NCBI GenBank assembly: GCA_964430785.1
Contig: CAYSFJ010000001.1
Coordinates: 4,029-68,028, forward strand
Direction: 5' to 3'
Source: an uncultured Mycoplasma sp.
GTDB lineage: Bacteria > Bacillota_I > Bacilli_A > RF39 > UBA660
DNA: 64,000 bases
The translations under genes were made by a program, and so were the position numbers. The stretch's first letter is position 1. Each line of letters starts with the position of its first letter. Below are positions 8,172 to 19,014 of this stretch, one piece after another. The notes under the pieces are model-generated. The model searched no databases. It was not told the origin of the DNA and saw only the letters and a program-made list of their open reading frames with translations.

Positions 8172-11100
8172 ATGGATTTTCTTGATAATCTTTTTATTTA
8201 CAAAAATAATAGTGTTATATGTGGTTTAACTTCCGAGTTAAATGTTTTTTATTTATTAAATTTATTTAAAAAACAAAATAAAAATATTATTTGTTTAGTA
8301 AGTAGTATTTATGAAGCAAATAATTATTATAATTTATTTCAAACCTATACTGATGATGTATTATTATTTTTAAAAGATGAATTTATTTCTGATATTGTTG
8401 CAACCTCTCCAGAATTAAAATTAACTAGATTAAATACTTTAGATAAAATAAATTCTAAAAAGCATATAATTATATGCAATTTAATGGGATATTTAATGTT
8501 ATTACCAAATAATAAAGAATTTTATCAAAGTAAATTATACTTGAAAGTATCCGATTCTTTATCAAGAAAAACTTTACTTGATACTTTATATAATTTTGGA
8601 TATAATAAAGATTCTCTAACAACTGCTTCAGGAGATTTTTCAGTACGTGGTATGGTTGTTGATATATTTTTAATAAATGAAAAACATCCAATAAGGATTG
8701 AATTTGATGATGATACTATAGAAAGTATTAGGTATTTTGATGAAGATACACAAAGAACAATTAATAGTATTGATGAAATAATAATAAAACCTATAATTGA
8801 GTTAAATACTGATAAAAATAATTCAATTTATGATTATAGTGACAACGCAATCGTTGTTAATATAGATTTACCTCAGATTCTTGCTTCATATAAAAAAATT
8901 TGTGAGGATGCAATAAATTATAAAGAGCATAGTGGAAATGAAAATAAGATATTTTTTTCTTTTGAAGAAATAAACCCTAAATATAATATAACTTTAAATC
9001 ATTTTAAAAATTCAAAAAGTGACATCGAATTAATTTCTCAAAATATTGATAATTTTAATAACGATTTTTCAACATTAAAAAATTGTGTAACTAAATGGAA
9101 AAATGAAGGTAAACAGATATATTTTTATTTATCAAATAATAATGAAATAAAAAAAATACGTGAGTTATTTAGCGATATAAAAATAATAAATAAAAAAATA
9201 AATCATGGTTTTATTATTGGTAATTATGTAGTTATAAGTGAATTTGATATAGATAATATAAAAAGGGATTATAAATATCAAAATAATCTGTATGGTGGTA
9301 AAAAAATAGTAGATTATAATGAACTTAACAAGGGAGATTATGTTGTTCATATAAATCATGGTATTGGTATTTATAATGGGCTTGTAAGTTTAACAAGTAA
9401 TAGTGTAACTAAAGATTATATACAATTATTATATGATGATAATGATAAGATATATATACCTGTTCAAAAAATAGAAAACATATATAAATATTCTGATAAG
9501 GATGGTAGTAAACCCAAAATTAATAAATTAAATTCTGCTTCTTGGCTTAAAACTAGAAAATTTGTTGAAGCAAAAATAAAAGATATTACTAAAGAATTAA
9601 TGGAATTATATCAAAAAAGGCTTGAAACTAAAACTACTCCATATAAAAGGTTTGAGGAAGAACTAATTTTTGGTAATGAATTTATTTATGATTTAACTTT
9701 AGATCAAAAAAATGCGGTTAATGATATTAATGATGATTTAGATAGTGATATTCCAATGGATAGACTTCTTTGTGGTGATGTAGGTTTTGGTAAAACTGAG
9801 GTTGCATTAAGAGCTATGTTTAGAACAATACTTAATAATAAACAAGTAATTTATTTATGTCCAACGACAATTCTTTCTAAGCAACAATTTAATGTTGCAA
9901 AAAAAAGATTTGCTTCTTGGCCTATTGAAATAAGACTTTATAATAGGTTTACCACCTTAAAAGAGGAACAAAACATATTAACAGGTTTAGAAAATGGTAG
10001 TATTGATGTTGTTTTTGGAACACATAAATTATTTAATGATAAGATAAAATATAAAAAATTAGGGTTACTTGTTATTGATGAAGAACAAAGATTTGGAGTT
10101 AAACATAAAGAAAAAATAAAGGAACTTAAAAATGATATTAATGTATTAACTTTATCCGCTACGCCTATTCCAAGAACATTAAAAATGGCATTATCAGGTC
10201 TAAGAAATTTATCAATAATTGAAACAGCACCAAATAATCGATATCCTGTTCAAACATATGTAACAAGTGAAGATGATTATATTATTAAGGATGCAATTTA
10301 TAAGGAACTTGGTCGTAATGGTCAAATATTTATTCTCTACAATAATATTGAAGGACTTCTTTCAAAATTAAGTGATTTAAAAATGCTTGTACCTGAAGCG
10401 AAAATAAGATATGCACATGGTCAAATGAATAAAGATGAATTAGATGAAATTATGGACGATTTTACATTGCATAAATTTGATATATTACTATGTACCACAA
10501 TTATTGAAAATGGAATAGATATAGCAAATGCAAATACTTTAATAATTTATAATGCTGATAATTTTGGTCTTGCTCAATTATATCAAATAAGAGGTAGAGT
10601 AGGTCGAAGTGATAAAATTGCTTATGCTTATTTACTTTATAATAAAAATAAAATGTTAAATAAAACTGCAATTAAACGTTTACATGCAATAAAGGAATTT
10701 ACTGCTTTAGGTAGTGGTTATAAAATAGCAATGAGAGATTTATCTATACGTGGTTCTGGAGATATTTTTGGCTCATCTCAAGCAGGATTTGTGGATACAG
10801 TTGGAGTAGCTCTATATACAAAAATGATTGAGGATGAACTAAAACAAATAAAGGGATTACCAGTTAATGAAAGTGAAAATGAGCAAACACTTATAAATAT
10901 AAATACTCATATTGACGATAGTTATGTATCAGATGAAAATATTAAAATAGAAATACATCAAATGATAAACGAAATAGATAGTTATGATAAATTGCAACAA
11001 ATTAAAAATACTCTTGAAGATAGATTTGGTAAAATTACAATTGAAATTGAAGATTATATGTATGAAGAATGGTTTGAAAAAATCGCACAAAAATATAATA

Positions 11101-11321
11101 TTACTCAAATTCGTCAAACTGATAGGTTTATAGAAATTGTTTTACCTACACATTTAACTCAAAAAATTAAAGGAGATAAATTATTACTTAATGCCTTAAG
11201 TATTTCAAGAAATTTTTCATTTGCTTATCGACAAAATCAAATATTTATAACTTTAAAATTAACTAATCTAAAAGAGCATTTTATAAGATACATTGTTAGA
11301 TTACTTAATACAATTAATTAG
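8172..11321 (+). CDS. mfd: transcription-repair coupling factor
   Basis: 1050 aa; UvrB-homology N-terminus, superfamily-2 helicase motifs (CGDVGFGKTEVALRA, DEEQRFG), TRCF C-terminal domain; GGAG RBS 6 nt before ATG 8172. Confidence 0.9.
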   Translation: MDFLDNLFIYKNNSVICGLTSELNVFYLLNLFKKQNKNIICLVSSIYEANNYYNLFQTYTDDVLLFLKDEFISDIVATSPELKLTRLNTLDKINSKKHIIICNLMGYLMLLPNNKEFYQSKLYLKVSDSLSRKTLLDTLYNFGYNKDSLTTASGDFSVRGMVVDIFLINEKHPIRIEFDDDTIESIRYFDEDTQRTINSIDEIIIKPIIELNTDKNNSIYDYSDNAIVVNIDLPQILASYKKICEDAINYKEHSGNENKIFFSFEEINPKYNITLNHFKNSKSDIELISQNIDNFNNDFSTLKNCVTKWKNEGKQIYFYLSNNNEIKKIRELFSDIKIINKKINHGFIIGNYVVISEFDIDNIKRDYKYQNNLYGGKKIVDYNELNKGDYVVHINHGIGIYNGLVSLTSNSVTKDYIQLLYDDNDKIYIPVQKIENIYKYSDKDGSKPKINKLNSASWLKTRKFVEAKIKDITKELMELYQKRLETKTTPYKRFEEELIFGNEFIYDLTLDQKNAVNDINDDLDSDIPMDRLLCGDVGFGKTEVALRAMFRTILNNKQVIYLCPTTILSKQQFNVAKKRFASWPIEIRLYNRFTTLKEEQNILTGLENGSIDVVFGTHKLFNDKIKYKKLGLLVIDEEQRFGVKHKEKIKELKNDINVLTLSATPIPRTLKMALSGLRNLSIIETAPNNRYPVQTYVTSEDDYIIKDAIYKELGRNGQIFILYNNIEGLLSKLSDLKMLVPEAKIRYAHGQMNKDELDEIMDDFTLHKFDILLCTTIIENGIDIANANTLIIYNADNFGLAQLYQIRGRVGRSDKIAYAYLLYNKNKMLNKTAIKRLHAIKEFTALGSGYKIAMRDLSIRGSGDIFGSSQAGFVDTVGVALYTKMIEDELKQIKGLPVNESENEQTLININTHIDDSYVSDENIKIEIHQMINEIDSYDKLQQIKNTLEDRFGKITIEIEDYMYEEWFEKIAQKYNITQIRQTDRFIEIVLPTHLTQKIKGDKLLLNALSISRNFSFAYRQNQIFITLKLTNLKEHFIRYIVRLLNTIN

Positions 11322-11366
11322 TATAATATATAAAAATGAAAACATACTAAATATGAGGTGTGTTTT

Positions 11367-11855
11367 TTGAAAAGTACAGGTATTGTTAGAAAAATAGATG
11401 AATTAGGTAGAATTGTTATTCCAAAAGAAATACGTAATATACTTTCTATACGTAGTAATGATGATTTAGAAATATTTATTGATGATATGAAAATAATATT
11501 ATCTAAATATGAAAAAAGTAATAGTATTTTAAATTATTCAAATACTATAGTAAAACTTATTAATGATAATTTAGATATAAAAATGTTTGTTACTAATAAA
11601 GATAAAGTTATTACGGATGGTAGTTTTAAAGAAAAAGAAATAGATAAAAAATTAATAAATTTAATTTATGAGAGAAAAAAATATGAATCTATTTGTGTTG
11701 AAAAAATAATTAATTTAACAGGTTATTTTCTAATCTACCCAATTATTGTTGATAGTGATATTTTAGGACTACTTATATTTGTAAAAAATAATTTGTTTAC
11801 AAATGAAGAAAAAATTATAACCAATATTGTCTTAAAACTTATTGAAAACCATTAA
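11367..11855 (+). CDS. spoVT: stage V sporulation regulator SpoVT (AbrB-type N-terminal domain + GAF-like C-terminal domain)
   Basis: LKSTGIVRKIDELGRIVIPKEIRNIL = SpoVT/AbrB swapped-hairpin signature; TTG start 6 nt after GAGGTG; mfd-spoVT synteny as in B. subtilis. Confidence 0.7.
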   Translation: MKSTGIVRKIDELGRIVIPKEIRNILSIRSNDDLEIFIDDMKIILSKYEKSNSILNYSNTIVKLINDNLDIKMFVTNKDKVITDGSFKEKEIDKKLINLIYERKKYESICVEKIINLTGYFLIYPIIVDSDILGLLIFVKNNLFTNEEKIITNIVLKLIENH

Positions 11856-11884
11856 AAATTATGATAATATTTACTTATTAAATG

Positions 11885-12078
11885 TTGAGAAGAAGGATTT
11901 ATAAATTATATTTATAGAGAGCTTAAGTTTGGTGGAATTAAGTAATAAAAAATTTATATTGTGGGTCTTTGAGTTTAATGGTTAATTACCTTATAATTAA
12001 AAAGAGCATGTGAATCATGAATTAAGGTGGTACCGCGGATTATATTCGTCCTTTAGTTCGTGATTTTTTGTTTTTTTA
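11885..12078 (+). promoter_or_regulatory. T-box riboswitch leader (predicted Met-specific) upstream of dut-metG
   Basis: Conserved T-box sequence AAUUAAGGUGGUACCGCGG at 12021-12039 followed by U-runs 12063-12077; located 5' of methionyl-tRNA synthetase operon. Confidence 0.6.
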
Positions 12079-12094
12079 GAAAAGAGGAGTGAAA

Positions 12095-12568
12095 ATGGAA
12101 AGAGGATTTGAAAAAATAAGTTTTGCTGAATTTAAAAAAAGTGTTAAAGATGATAAAGAATTATATGAAAGTATAGTTTTACCTATCCGAAAGACAAGTA
12201 AAAGTGCGGGATATGATTTTATTGCTTTTGAAGATGTAACTATTAAGCCTGGAGAAATAAAAAAAATTCCTACTGGTTATAAAGTTAAAATTAAAGATGA
12301 TGAAGTACTTTTAATTGTGGTAAGAAGTTCAATGGGATTTAAATATAATATTAGATTATGTAATCAAGTTGGTATAATTGATGCCGATTATTATAATAAT
12401 AAATCTAATGAAGGTCACATGTATGTAGCACTTCAAAATGAAGGAACAAAGGATTTTGTGATAAATAAGGGTGATGCCTATGCTCAAGGAATAATTATTA
12501 AATATTTAACTTGTGGTGAAGAAAATAATAATCAACGTACAGGTGGCATTGGAAGTACGAATAACTAG
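12095..12568 (+). CDS. dut: dUTP diphosphatase (trimeric dUTPase)
   Basis: All five dUTPase motifs: AGYDF, RSS, GIIDADY, AYAQG, RTGGIGSTN; AGGAG RBS 6 nt upstream of ATG 12095. Confidence 0.8.
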   Translation: MERGFEKISFAEFKKSVKDDKELYESIVLPIRKTSKSAGYDFIAFEDVTIKPGEIKKIPTGYKVKIKDDEVLLIVVRSSMGFKYNIRLCNQVGIIDADYYNNKSNEGHMYVALQNEGTKDFVINKGDAYAQGIIIKYLTCGEENNNQRTGGIGSTNN

Positions 12569-12577
12569 GAGGCTTGT

Positions 12578-14110
12578 ATGGAAAATAAAAAATTTTATAT
12601 AACAACACCAATATATTATCCATCAGATAATTTTCATATTGGTCATTGTTATACTACAATAATTGCGGACTCTATTGCTAGATTTAAAAGGCTATCTGGT
12701 TATGATACCTTTTTCTTAACTGGTACGGATGAGCATGGTCAAAAGATTGAAAAAAAAGCTAAAGAAAACGGAGTTAACCCAAAAGAATATGTTGATAAAA
12801 TAGTAGAAAATGCAAAAGATTTATGGTCAAGTTTAGATATTAGTTATGATAAGTTTATAAGAACAACTGATTCCTATCATATAGAGGTTGTTCAAAAAAT
12901 ATTTAAAAAACTTTATGATCAGGGAGATATTTATAAAGGTGAATATAAAGGACTTTATTGTACTCCATGTGAATCATTTTGGACTGAAACTCAACTTGAT
13001 GAAAATGGAAAATGTCCTGATTGTCATAGAGACGTTCACGAGGTAAAAGAGGAAGCATATTTTTTTAAACTTTCTAAATATCAGGATTGGTTAGAAAACT
13101 TTTTGGAAAATAATCCAAATTTTATAGAACCATCATCAAGAAAAAATGAAATGATTAATAATTTTATCAAACCAGGTTTATCAGATTTATGTGTTTCGAG
13201 AACATCATTTAAATGGGGTGTACCAGTATCATTTGATGATAAACATGTCGTTTATGTATGGATAGATGCGTTATCAAATTATATTTCTGCATTAGGTTAT
13301 TTATCAAATGATGATTCTTTGTTTAAAAAATATTGGCCTGCAGATTTACATATTGTAGGTAAAGAAATAGTTAGATTTCATACAATTATCTGGCCAATTA
13401 TGTTAAAAGCATTAGATTTACCATTACCTAAAAAGGTATTTGGTCATGGTTGGTTAATAATTAATGGTGGTAAGATTTCCAAAAGTTTAGGTAATTATAA
13501 AGATCCTAGGGAATATATTAATTCATATGGTGTAGATGCAGTTAGATACTATGCACTTCGTGAAGTACCTTTTGGTAGTGATGGTAATTTCTCCGAGGAA
13601 TCACTTATTACAAGAACAAATTCAGATTTAGCTAATATATTAGGTAATTTAGTTAATAGAACTATTGGAATGGTTAATAAATATTTTGATGGTAAAATAC
13701 AAAATATTAAAGATTATGAAGATATAGACAAAGAATTGATTGATTATGCAGTTAATTTAAAGGAAAGTGTAACATCTTTAGTTGATGATTTACAGTTATC
13801 AATTGCTTTAGAAAAAATATTTGATTTATTTAGAAAATGTAATAAATATATAGATGATGTTACTCCATGGATACTTGCAAAAGATGAAAGTAAGAAAGAA
13901 AGGCTTGAATGTATACTTTATAATTTACTTGAATGTATAAGAATTGGAAGTGTTTTGTTACAAGCATTTTTACCCTCAACTGCTGAAAAAATATTTAAAC
14001 AAATTAATACTAAAGAAACATCATTTGAAAGTATTAGTGAATTTGGAAAATATGAAAGTCCAAATGTTGTTAGTGAACCTGAAGTATTATTTGCAAGGAT
14101 TACAAAATAA
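12578..14110 (+). CDS. metG: methionyl-tRNA synthetase (short form, no C-terminal tRNA-binding extension)
   Basis: HIGH motif (NFHIGHCYT), KMSKS (KISKSLGN), Cys4 knuckle (CTPCESF..CPDCHRD). Confidence 0.9.
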   Translation: MENKKFYITTPIYYPSDNFHIGHCYTTIIADSIARFKRLSGYDTFFLTGTDEHGQKIEKKAKENGVNPKEYVDKIVENAKDLWSSLDISYDKFIRTTDSYHIEVVQKIFKKLYDQGDIYKGEYKGLYCTPCESFWTETQLDENGKCPDCHRDVHEVKEEAYFFKLSKYQDWLENFLENNPNFIEPSSRKNEMINNFIKPGLSDLCVSRTSFKWGVPVSFDDKHVVYVWIDALSNYISALGYLSNDDSLFKKYWPADLHIVGKEIVRFHTIIWPIMLKALDLPLPKKVFGHGWLIINGGKISKSLGNYKDPREYINSYGVDAVRYYALREVPFGSDGNFSEESLITRTNSDLANILGNLVNRTIGMVNKYFDGKIQNIKDYEDIDKELIDYAVNLKESVTSLVDDLQLSIALEKIFDLFRKCNKYIDDVTPWILAKDESKKERLECILYNLLECIRIGSVLLQAFLPSTAEKIFKQINTKETSFESISEFGKYESPNVVSEPEVLFARITK

Positions 14111-14859
14111 TGTTTATTGATACTCATTGCCATTTATATAAAAGTTATTATGATGATATAAGTGATATTATAAAAAATTCTAAAAATAATGGTATTGTTA
14201 AATTTATTAATGCTGGATGTGATAAGGAAACTAATGAAGAAGTTTTAAATATAAAAAAAGATAATATTTATGCAGTTATAGGCTATCATCCAGAATATGC
14301 AAATGAAATTACTGAGGAAGATATTTCTTTACTAGAAGAAAAGATTATTAATTCAAATGTAGTAGGAATTGGTGAAATAGGTTTAGATTATCATTATGAT
14401 GGATTTAATAAAGAAAAGCAGATTGATATTTTTGAAAAACAATTATTAATTGCAGAAAAACATAATTTGCCCGTTGTAATTCACAGTAGAGATGCTGGAT
14501 ATGATACTATAAATATCTTAAAAAAATATAATGTTAAGGGAGTAATACATTCATTTACTGGTAGTTTTGAAATGGCTAAAGAATATATAAAATTGGGATT
14601 TTATTTAGGTGTTAATGGAGTAATTACTTTTAAAAATTGTAAGTTAATTGATGTATATAAAATTTTGGGAATTGAAAATATTTTACTTGAAACAGACAGT
14701 CCTTATTTAACACCAGTTCCCTTTAGGGGAAAACAAAATTTTCCTGGCAATATTAAATATATTGCTGAGTTTATTTGTGATAATTTAGATATATCAATGG
14801 ATAAGCTTTCTAGTATAACTAATTCTAATGTTAAAAAACTATTTAATATAGGTATATAA
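14110..14859 (+). CDS. tatD: TatD family metal-dependent DNase/hydrolase (YabD)
   Basis: MFIDTHCHL N-terminus, conserved His/Glu/Asp positions; metG-tatD synteny. Confidence 0.8.
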   Translation: MFIDTHCHLYKSYYDDISDIIKNSKNNGIVKFINAGCDKETNEEVLNIKKDNIYAVIGYHPEYANEITEEDISLLEEKIINSNVVGIGEIGLDYHYDGFNKEKQIDIFEKQLLIAEKHNLPVVIHSRDAGYDTINILKKYNVKGVIHSFTGSFEMAKEYIKLGFYLGVNGVITFKNCKLIDVYKILGIENILLETDSPYLTPVPFRGKQNFPGNIKYIAEFICDNLDISMDKLSSITNSNVKKLFNIGI

Positions 14860-14931
14860 CTTTTTTTGTTATATACTTTTTTCTTTATTTTAAATATTTT
14901 GTGTGCTATAATTTTTTTATAAGAGGAAAGT

Positions 14932-15468
14932 ATGAAGAAAGTGTTCAAAGTTTTTCAATTTCTAATATTGGTTTTTGTAATATTTATAACTTTTACAAAT
15001 AGTCCCATTTATGAGGCAAGGGTTCATAATAATAATCCAAATAAAACAATTGATGAAGTAGCAATGGCTTTAAAAATAGATGAATTTGATTATGATGCTT
15101 TGTATAGTGTAAAAGATACTTATAATGGGCAGATTACTGGTTATATTTTTAATTGTCCATTATGTGGTGGTACTTTAGCATGTATGAGTAGTTATAATAT
15201 AAAAGATGGAACTACTACATATCCAGATAGTCAATATGGTAATGTAAATATAGTGGCTTCAAGTGCAAATTTACCTTGTGGATCAATAGTTACATTTTCT
15301 GCACCTAGAGTTTCAAGTGAACCAGTAGTGGCAATAGTACTTGATAGGGGTGTACCAGGAAACGACTTGGATTTGCTTTCTCCAAGTTATGATTATGCAA
15401 TAAGTACAGTTGGTAGATTTGATGCTAGTTATGATGTTTTACGAATTGGATGGAATAATGAAAGCTAA
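14932..15468 (+). CDS. secreted 3D-domain protein (YabE-like C-terminal domain only)
   Basis: N-terminal signal/TM segment; C-terminal 3D domain with three Asp (VAIVLDRGVPGNDLDLLSP); position corresponds to B. subtilis yabE. Confidence 0.55.
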   Translation: MKKVFKVFQFLILVFVIFITFTNSPIYEARVHNNNPNKTIDEVAMALKIDEFDYDALYSVKDTYNGQITGYIFNCPLCGGTLACMSSYNIKDGTTTYPDSQYGNVNIVASSANLPCGSIVTFSAPRVSSEPVVAIVLDRGVPGNDLDLLSPSYDYAISTVGRFDASYDVLRIGWNNES

Positions 15469-16225
15469 AAAATATTTTGGACAAAATTTTTTAAAAAATG
15501 AATTAATTATTAAACAAATAACCGATTTAGTAAATCCCAATAAAAATGATTTAATTATTGAAATTGGACCAGGCATGGGAGCTCTTACAAAATATTTGTT
15601 AAAAAAGGGTGCAGATTTAGTCTGCATCGAAATAGATAAGGATTTAAAGAAATATCTTGATAAATATGAAAGTGATAATTGCACTATTATCTATGATGAT
15701 ATTTTAAATGTTAATTTAAATAAAATTGTGGGTAATTATGATAATATTATAGTTGTAGGTAATTTACCTTATTATATAACAAGTCCAATCTTAGAATATT
15801 TAATTAATAATATAAAGGCAAAAAAAATGGTATTTATGGTTCAAAAAGAAGTTGCAGATAGATATAGTGCAAAAATAAATTCCAAAGAATATGGTTATTT
15901 TACATTATTTTTAAATTTTTATTATAATGTAAAAGAAGAAATATTTGTTGATAAAACAAATTTTGAACCAGTTCCAAAGGTTGATAGCATGGTTATAAGT
16001 TTAACATTAAAAGAAAAAATATATGATATTGATACAGAAAAATATTTTAATTTTCTAAAAGAATGTTTTTCTCATAAAAGAAAAACCTTAAAAAATAATA
16101 TTATTTCTAATGATTTTTCTAAAATACTAGTTATATTAAAAAAATATGATTTATCTGAAAATGTTCGTGCAGAACAAATTAGTGAAGATATATTCATTGA
16201 AATTTTTAAAAATTTAGAGTGCTAA
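15458..16225 (+). CDS. rsmA: 16S rRNA (adenine1518/1519-N6)-dimethyltransferase
   Basis: MKAKKYFGQNFL N-terminus, SAM motif EIGPGMGALT, NLPY motif (VGNLPYYITSPI). Confidence 0.85.
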   Translation: MKAKKYFGQNFLKNELIIKQITDLVNPNKNDLIIEIGPGMGALTKYLLKKGADLVCIEIDKDLKKYLDKYESDNCTIIYDDILNVNLNKIVGNYDNIIVVGNLPYYITSPILEYLINNIKAKKMVFMVQKEVADRYSAKINSKEYGYFTLFLNFYYNVKEEIFVDKTNFEPVPKVDSMVISLTLKEKIYDIDTEKYFNFLKECFSHKRKTLKNNIISNDFSKILVILKKYDLSENVRAEQISEDIFIEIFKNLEC

Positions 16226-16238
16226 GGGCACTTTTTCT
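16218..16238 (+). terminator. intrinsic terminator after rsmA
   Basis: AGTGC-TAAGG-GCACT hairpin overlapping the stop codon, followed by TTTTT. Confidence 0.45.
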
Positions 16239-16291
16239 TGTTAATTAAATATTAATAGTTTATAATACAAATTGTTTGAAAGGGGATTTTT

Positions 16292-17014
16292 ATGCATAAA
16301 ATAGTTTTAGTAACTGGCGGATCAAGGGGTATTGGTGCGGCCATCGCATTACAATTTGCTAAAAATAATTATGATGTTATAATTAATTACTTAAATAGTG
16401 AAGAAGAAGTAATTTCTTTACAAAAAAATATTATTACAAATTATAATGTTAGATGTGAAGTAATAAAATGTGATATTTCTAATGAAAAGGATGTCATTTA
16501 TATGACAAATTTTATTAAAAAAAATTTTAAAAAAATAGATGTTTTGGTTAATAATGCTGGTATATGTAATGATATGATTTTAGATTATAAAACTTATGAT
16601 GATTTTAAAAAAGTTATTGATGTTAATTTAAATGGAACATTTCTTGTAACTAAATATATATCTAAATTAATAAATAGTGGTAGTGTTATTAATATCTCTT
16701 CGACTAATGGTATTGATACATACTATCCAGAAAGTATAGATTATGATGCCTCAAAGGCAGGAGTAATTTCGCTTACTCATAATTTTGCAAAGTTGCTTGC
16801 TCCAAAGATAAGGGTTAATGCAATATGTCCAGGTTGGGTAGAAACCGATCAAAATAAGGAACTTTCCTTAAAACAAATAAAAAATATAAAAAAAGGCATT
16901 TTACTTAAACGGTTTGCTAAACCTCAGGAAATTGCTAGTGTAACATTTTTTGTGGCAAATGAAAGTTATATAAATAATTCTATTATAAGGGTAGACGGAG
17001 GCAGTATATGTTAG
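16292..17014 (+). CDS. short-chain dehydrogenase/reductase (FabG-like)
   Basis: TGGSRGIG Rossmann motif, NNAG, catalytic YxxxK (YDASKAG). Confidence 0.7.
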   Translation: MHKIVLVTGGSRGIGAAIALQFAKNNYDVIINYLNSEEEVISLQKNIITNYNVRCEVIKCDISNEKDVIYMTNFIKKNFKKIDVLVNNAGICNDMILDYKTYDDFKKVIDVNLNGTFLVTKYISKLINSGSVINISSTNGIDTYYPESIDYDASKAGVISLTHNFAKLLAPKIRVNAICPGWVETDQNKELSLKQIKNIKKGILLKRFAKPQEIASVTFFVANESYINNSIIRVDGGSIC

Positions 17015-18210
17015 ATGTTGAAAAAGATATAAAAAAATACTTAAATAATGTAGATGAAATAGTTTATTTTAATTCACAAAAGATACTTAATGCATTTATT
17101 AAAGAAAAAGTTAGTGAAAGTGATTTTAATATTACCACAGGTTATGGATATGCTGATATTGGAAGAGATAAAATTGAAAGAATATATGCTGATATTTTTT
17201 TATGTGACGATGCATTAGTTAGAAATCAGTTTATCTCTGGTTCACATGCTTTAACTGTTTGCCTTTTTGCATTGCTTAGACCTTTTGATACTCTTTTATC
17301 AATTACGGGAAAACCATATGATACACTTGATGAAGTAATTGGAATAAAGGATAGTCCAAGTTCTTTGAAATCATTTAATATTAATTATGAACAAATAGAT
17401 TTATTTAATGATGATTTTGATTATGAACTTATAAAACAAAAATTAAAAAATAAATATTACAAGGTAATAGAAATTCAGCGTTCAAAAGGGTATTCTCAAA
17501 GAAAAAGTTTAAGTATTGATAAGCTAGAAAAAGTTATTAAAATAATAAAAAAACTTTCACCAAAAAGTATTATCATGGTGGACAATTGTTATTGTGAACT
17601 AGTAAGTAAAAAGGAACCAACACAAGTAGGAGCTGATATAGTGGTGGGTTCTTTAATAAAAAACTTAGGTGGAGGTATAGCAAGTAATGGTGCATATATT
17701 GTTGGTAAAAAAGATCTTGTTGCTTTAGCAGGTGAAAGATTAAATCTTCCAGGAGAAGGAAAGGATGTTGGTCCATCATTAGGTGCTAATAAAGATATAT
17801 TAAAAGGATTATATTTTGCTCCTTCAGTAGTTGGGGCCTCTTTAAAAAGTGCAATACTAACTAGTTATTTATTCGAAAAAAAAGGATATGATGTGGAACC
17901 TAAATATTATGATGATAGAGCAGATATTGTTCAGTGTATTACATTTCATAATGAAAAAGACATGGTTAAATATGTTCAAAGTATTCAGTCAATGTGTGCT
18001 ATTGATTCAAATGTTATTCCAGAAAAAAGTGATATTCCAGGTTATTCAAATAAAATAATTATGGCAAGCGGGTCTTTTACACAGGGTTCGTCGATAGAAC
18101 TTTCATGTGATGGTCCTATAAAAGAACCTTATATAGTATATCAACAAGGCTCTCTTACTTATGAATATGGAAAAATAGCAATTATTAATGCAATTTCAAA
18201 ATTGGATTAA
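17008..18210 (+). CDS. YnbB-like PLP-dependent protein (Cys/Met metabolism, 'aluminium resistance protein' family)
   Basis: 400 aa; overall similarity pattern to B. subtilis YnbB family (N-terminal ..TGYGYADIGRD.., PLP-fold); weak by-eye call. Confidence 0.5.
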   Translation: MLDVEKDIKKYLNNVDEIVYFNSQKILNAFIKEKVSESDFNITTGYGYADIGRDKIERIYADIFLCDDALVRNQFISGSHALTVCLFALLRPFDTLLSITGKPYDTLDEVIGIKDSPSSLKSFNINYEQIDLFNDDFDYELIKQKLKNKYYKVIEIQRSKGYSQRKSLSIDKLEKVIKIIKKLSPKSIIMVDNCYCELVSKKEPTQVGADIVVGSLIKNLGGGIASNGAYIVGKKDLVALAGERLNLPGEGKDVGPSLGANKDILKGLYFAPSVVGASLKSAILTSYLFEKKGYDVEPKYYDDRADIVQCITFHNEKDMVKYVQSIQSMCAIDSNVIPEKSDIPGYSNKIIMASGSFTQGSSIELSCDGPIKEPYIVYQQGSLTYEYGKIAIINAISKLD

Positions 18211-18249
18211 TAATTTTTTTTATTTTGAATAAACTTTAATGGTGATATT

Positions 18250-19014
18250 TTGAACATAGAAAAAGGAGATTTTGTAACTCGAAAAAGTTATAATCATGAT
18301 ACTATATTTAAAGTTCTTTCTATAAGTGAGGATACTGTTTACTTAAAGGGTGTCTATGATAGATTATACGCGGATAGTGATATTTTTGATTTAGTAAAAA
18401 CTAATGAACAACCTGATGATTTTATAATAGATTTAGATATAACTGATGATAGAACAAGTTATTTTTATTTACCAGGTAAAGTGTTACATATTGATGGAGA
18501 TAATGAGTATTTAGAAAAATGTTTGAAGTTTTATAAATCAAATAAAGTTTATGCAATTGGAAAAAAAATCGAGGAAGTTGAAATATCAAAACAATTACCA
18601 ACTCTTTTAAAAAAAATTAAACCTGATATTTTAGTTATAACAGGTCATGATGCTTTCTATTCAAAAAAAGGAAATAAGAATGATATTAATAGTTATAAAA
18701 ATTCAAAAAATTTTGTTAAAGCTATAATTCAAGCTCGAAATTATGAAAAGAATCATGAAAAATTAGTTATTATTGCTGGAGCATGTCAAAGTGCTTATGA
18801 AACTTTAATAAAAGCGGGTGCTAATTTTGCCTCAAGTCCCAAAAGAGTTAATATTCATGCCTTAGATCCTGCGATTATTGCCACAACTATAGCACTTACT
18901 AAAACTGATACCCAAATTAATGTACCAAATTTGTTAGAAAAAACTAAATATGGAGCAAATGGTATGGGAGGTATAATTACAAATGGTTTAATGTATGTGG
19001 GGTACCCAAGATGA
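18250..19014 (+). CDS. yabG: sporulation-specific protease YabG
   Basis: N-terminus GDFVTRKSYNHDTIFKVLSI..ADSD matches YabG (GDMVARKSYQMDVLFRII..ADSD); TTG start; located after rsmA as in B. subtilis. Confidence 0.7.
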   Translation: MNIEKGDFVTRKSYNHDTIFKVLSISEDTVYLKGVYDRLYADSDIFDLVKTNEQPDDFIIDLDITDDRTSYFYLPGKVLHIDGDNEYLEKCLKFYKSNKVYAIGKKIEEVEISKQLPTLLKKIKPDILVITGHDAFYSKKGNKNDINSYKNSKNFVKAIIQARNYEKNHEKLVIIAGACQSAYETLIKAGANFASSPKRVNIHALDPAIIATTIALTKTDTQINVPNLLEKTKYGANGMGGIITNGLMYVGYPR

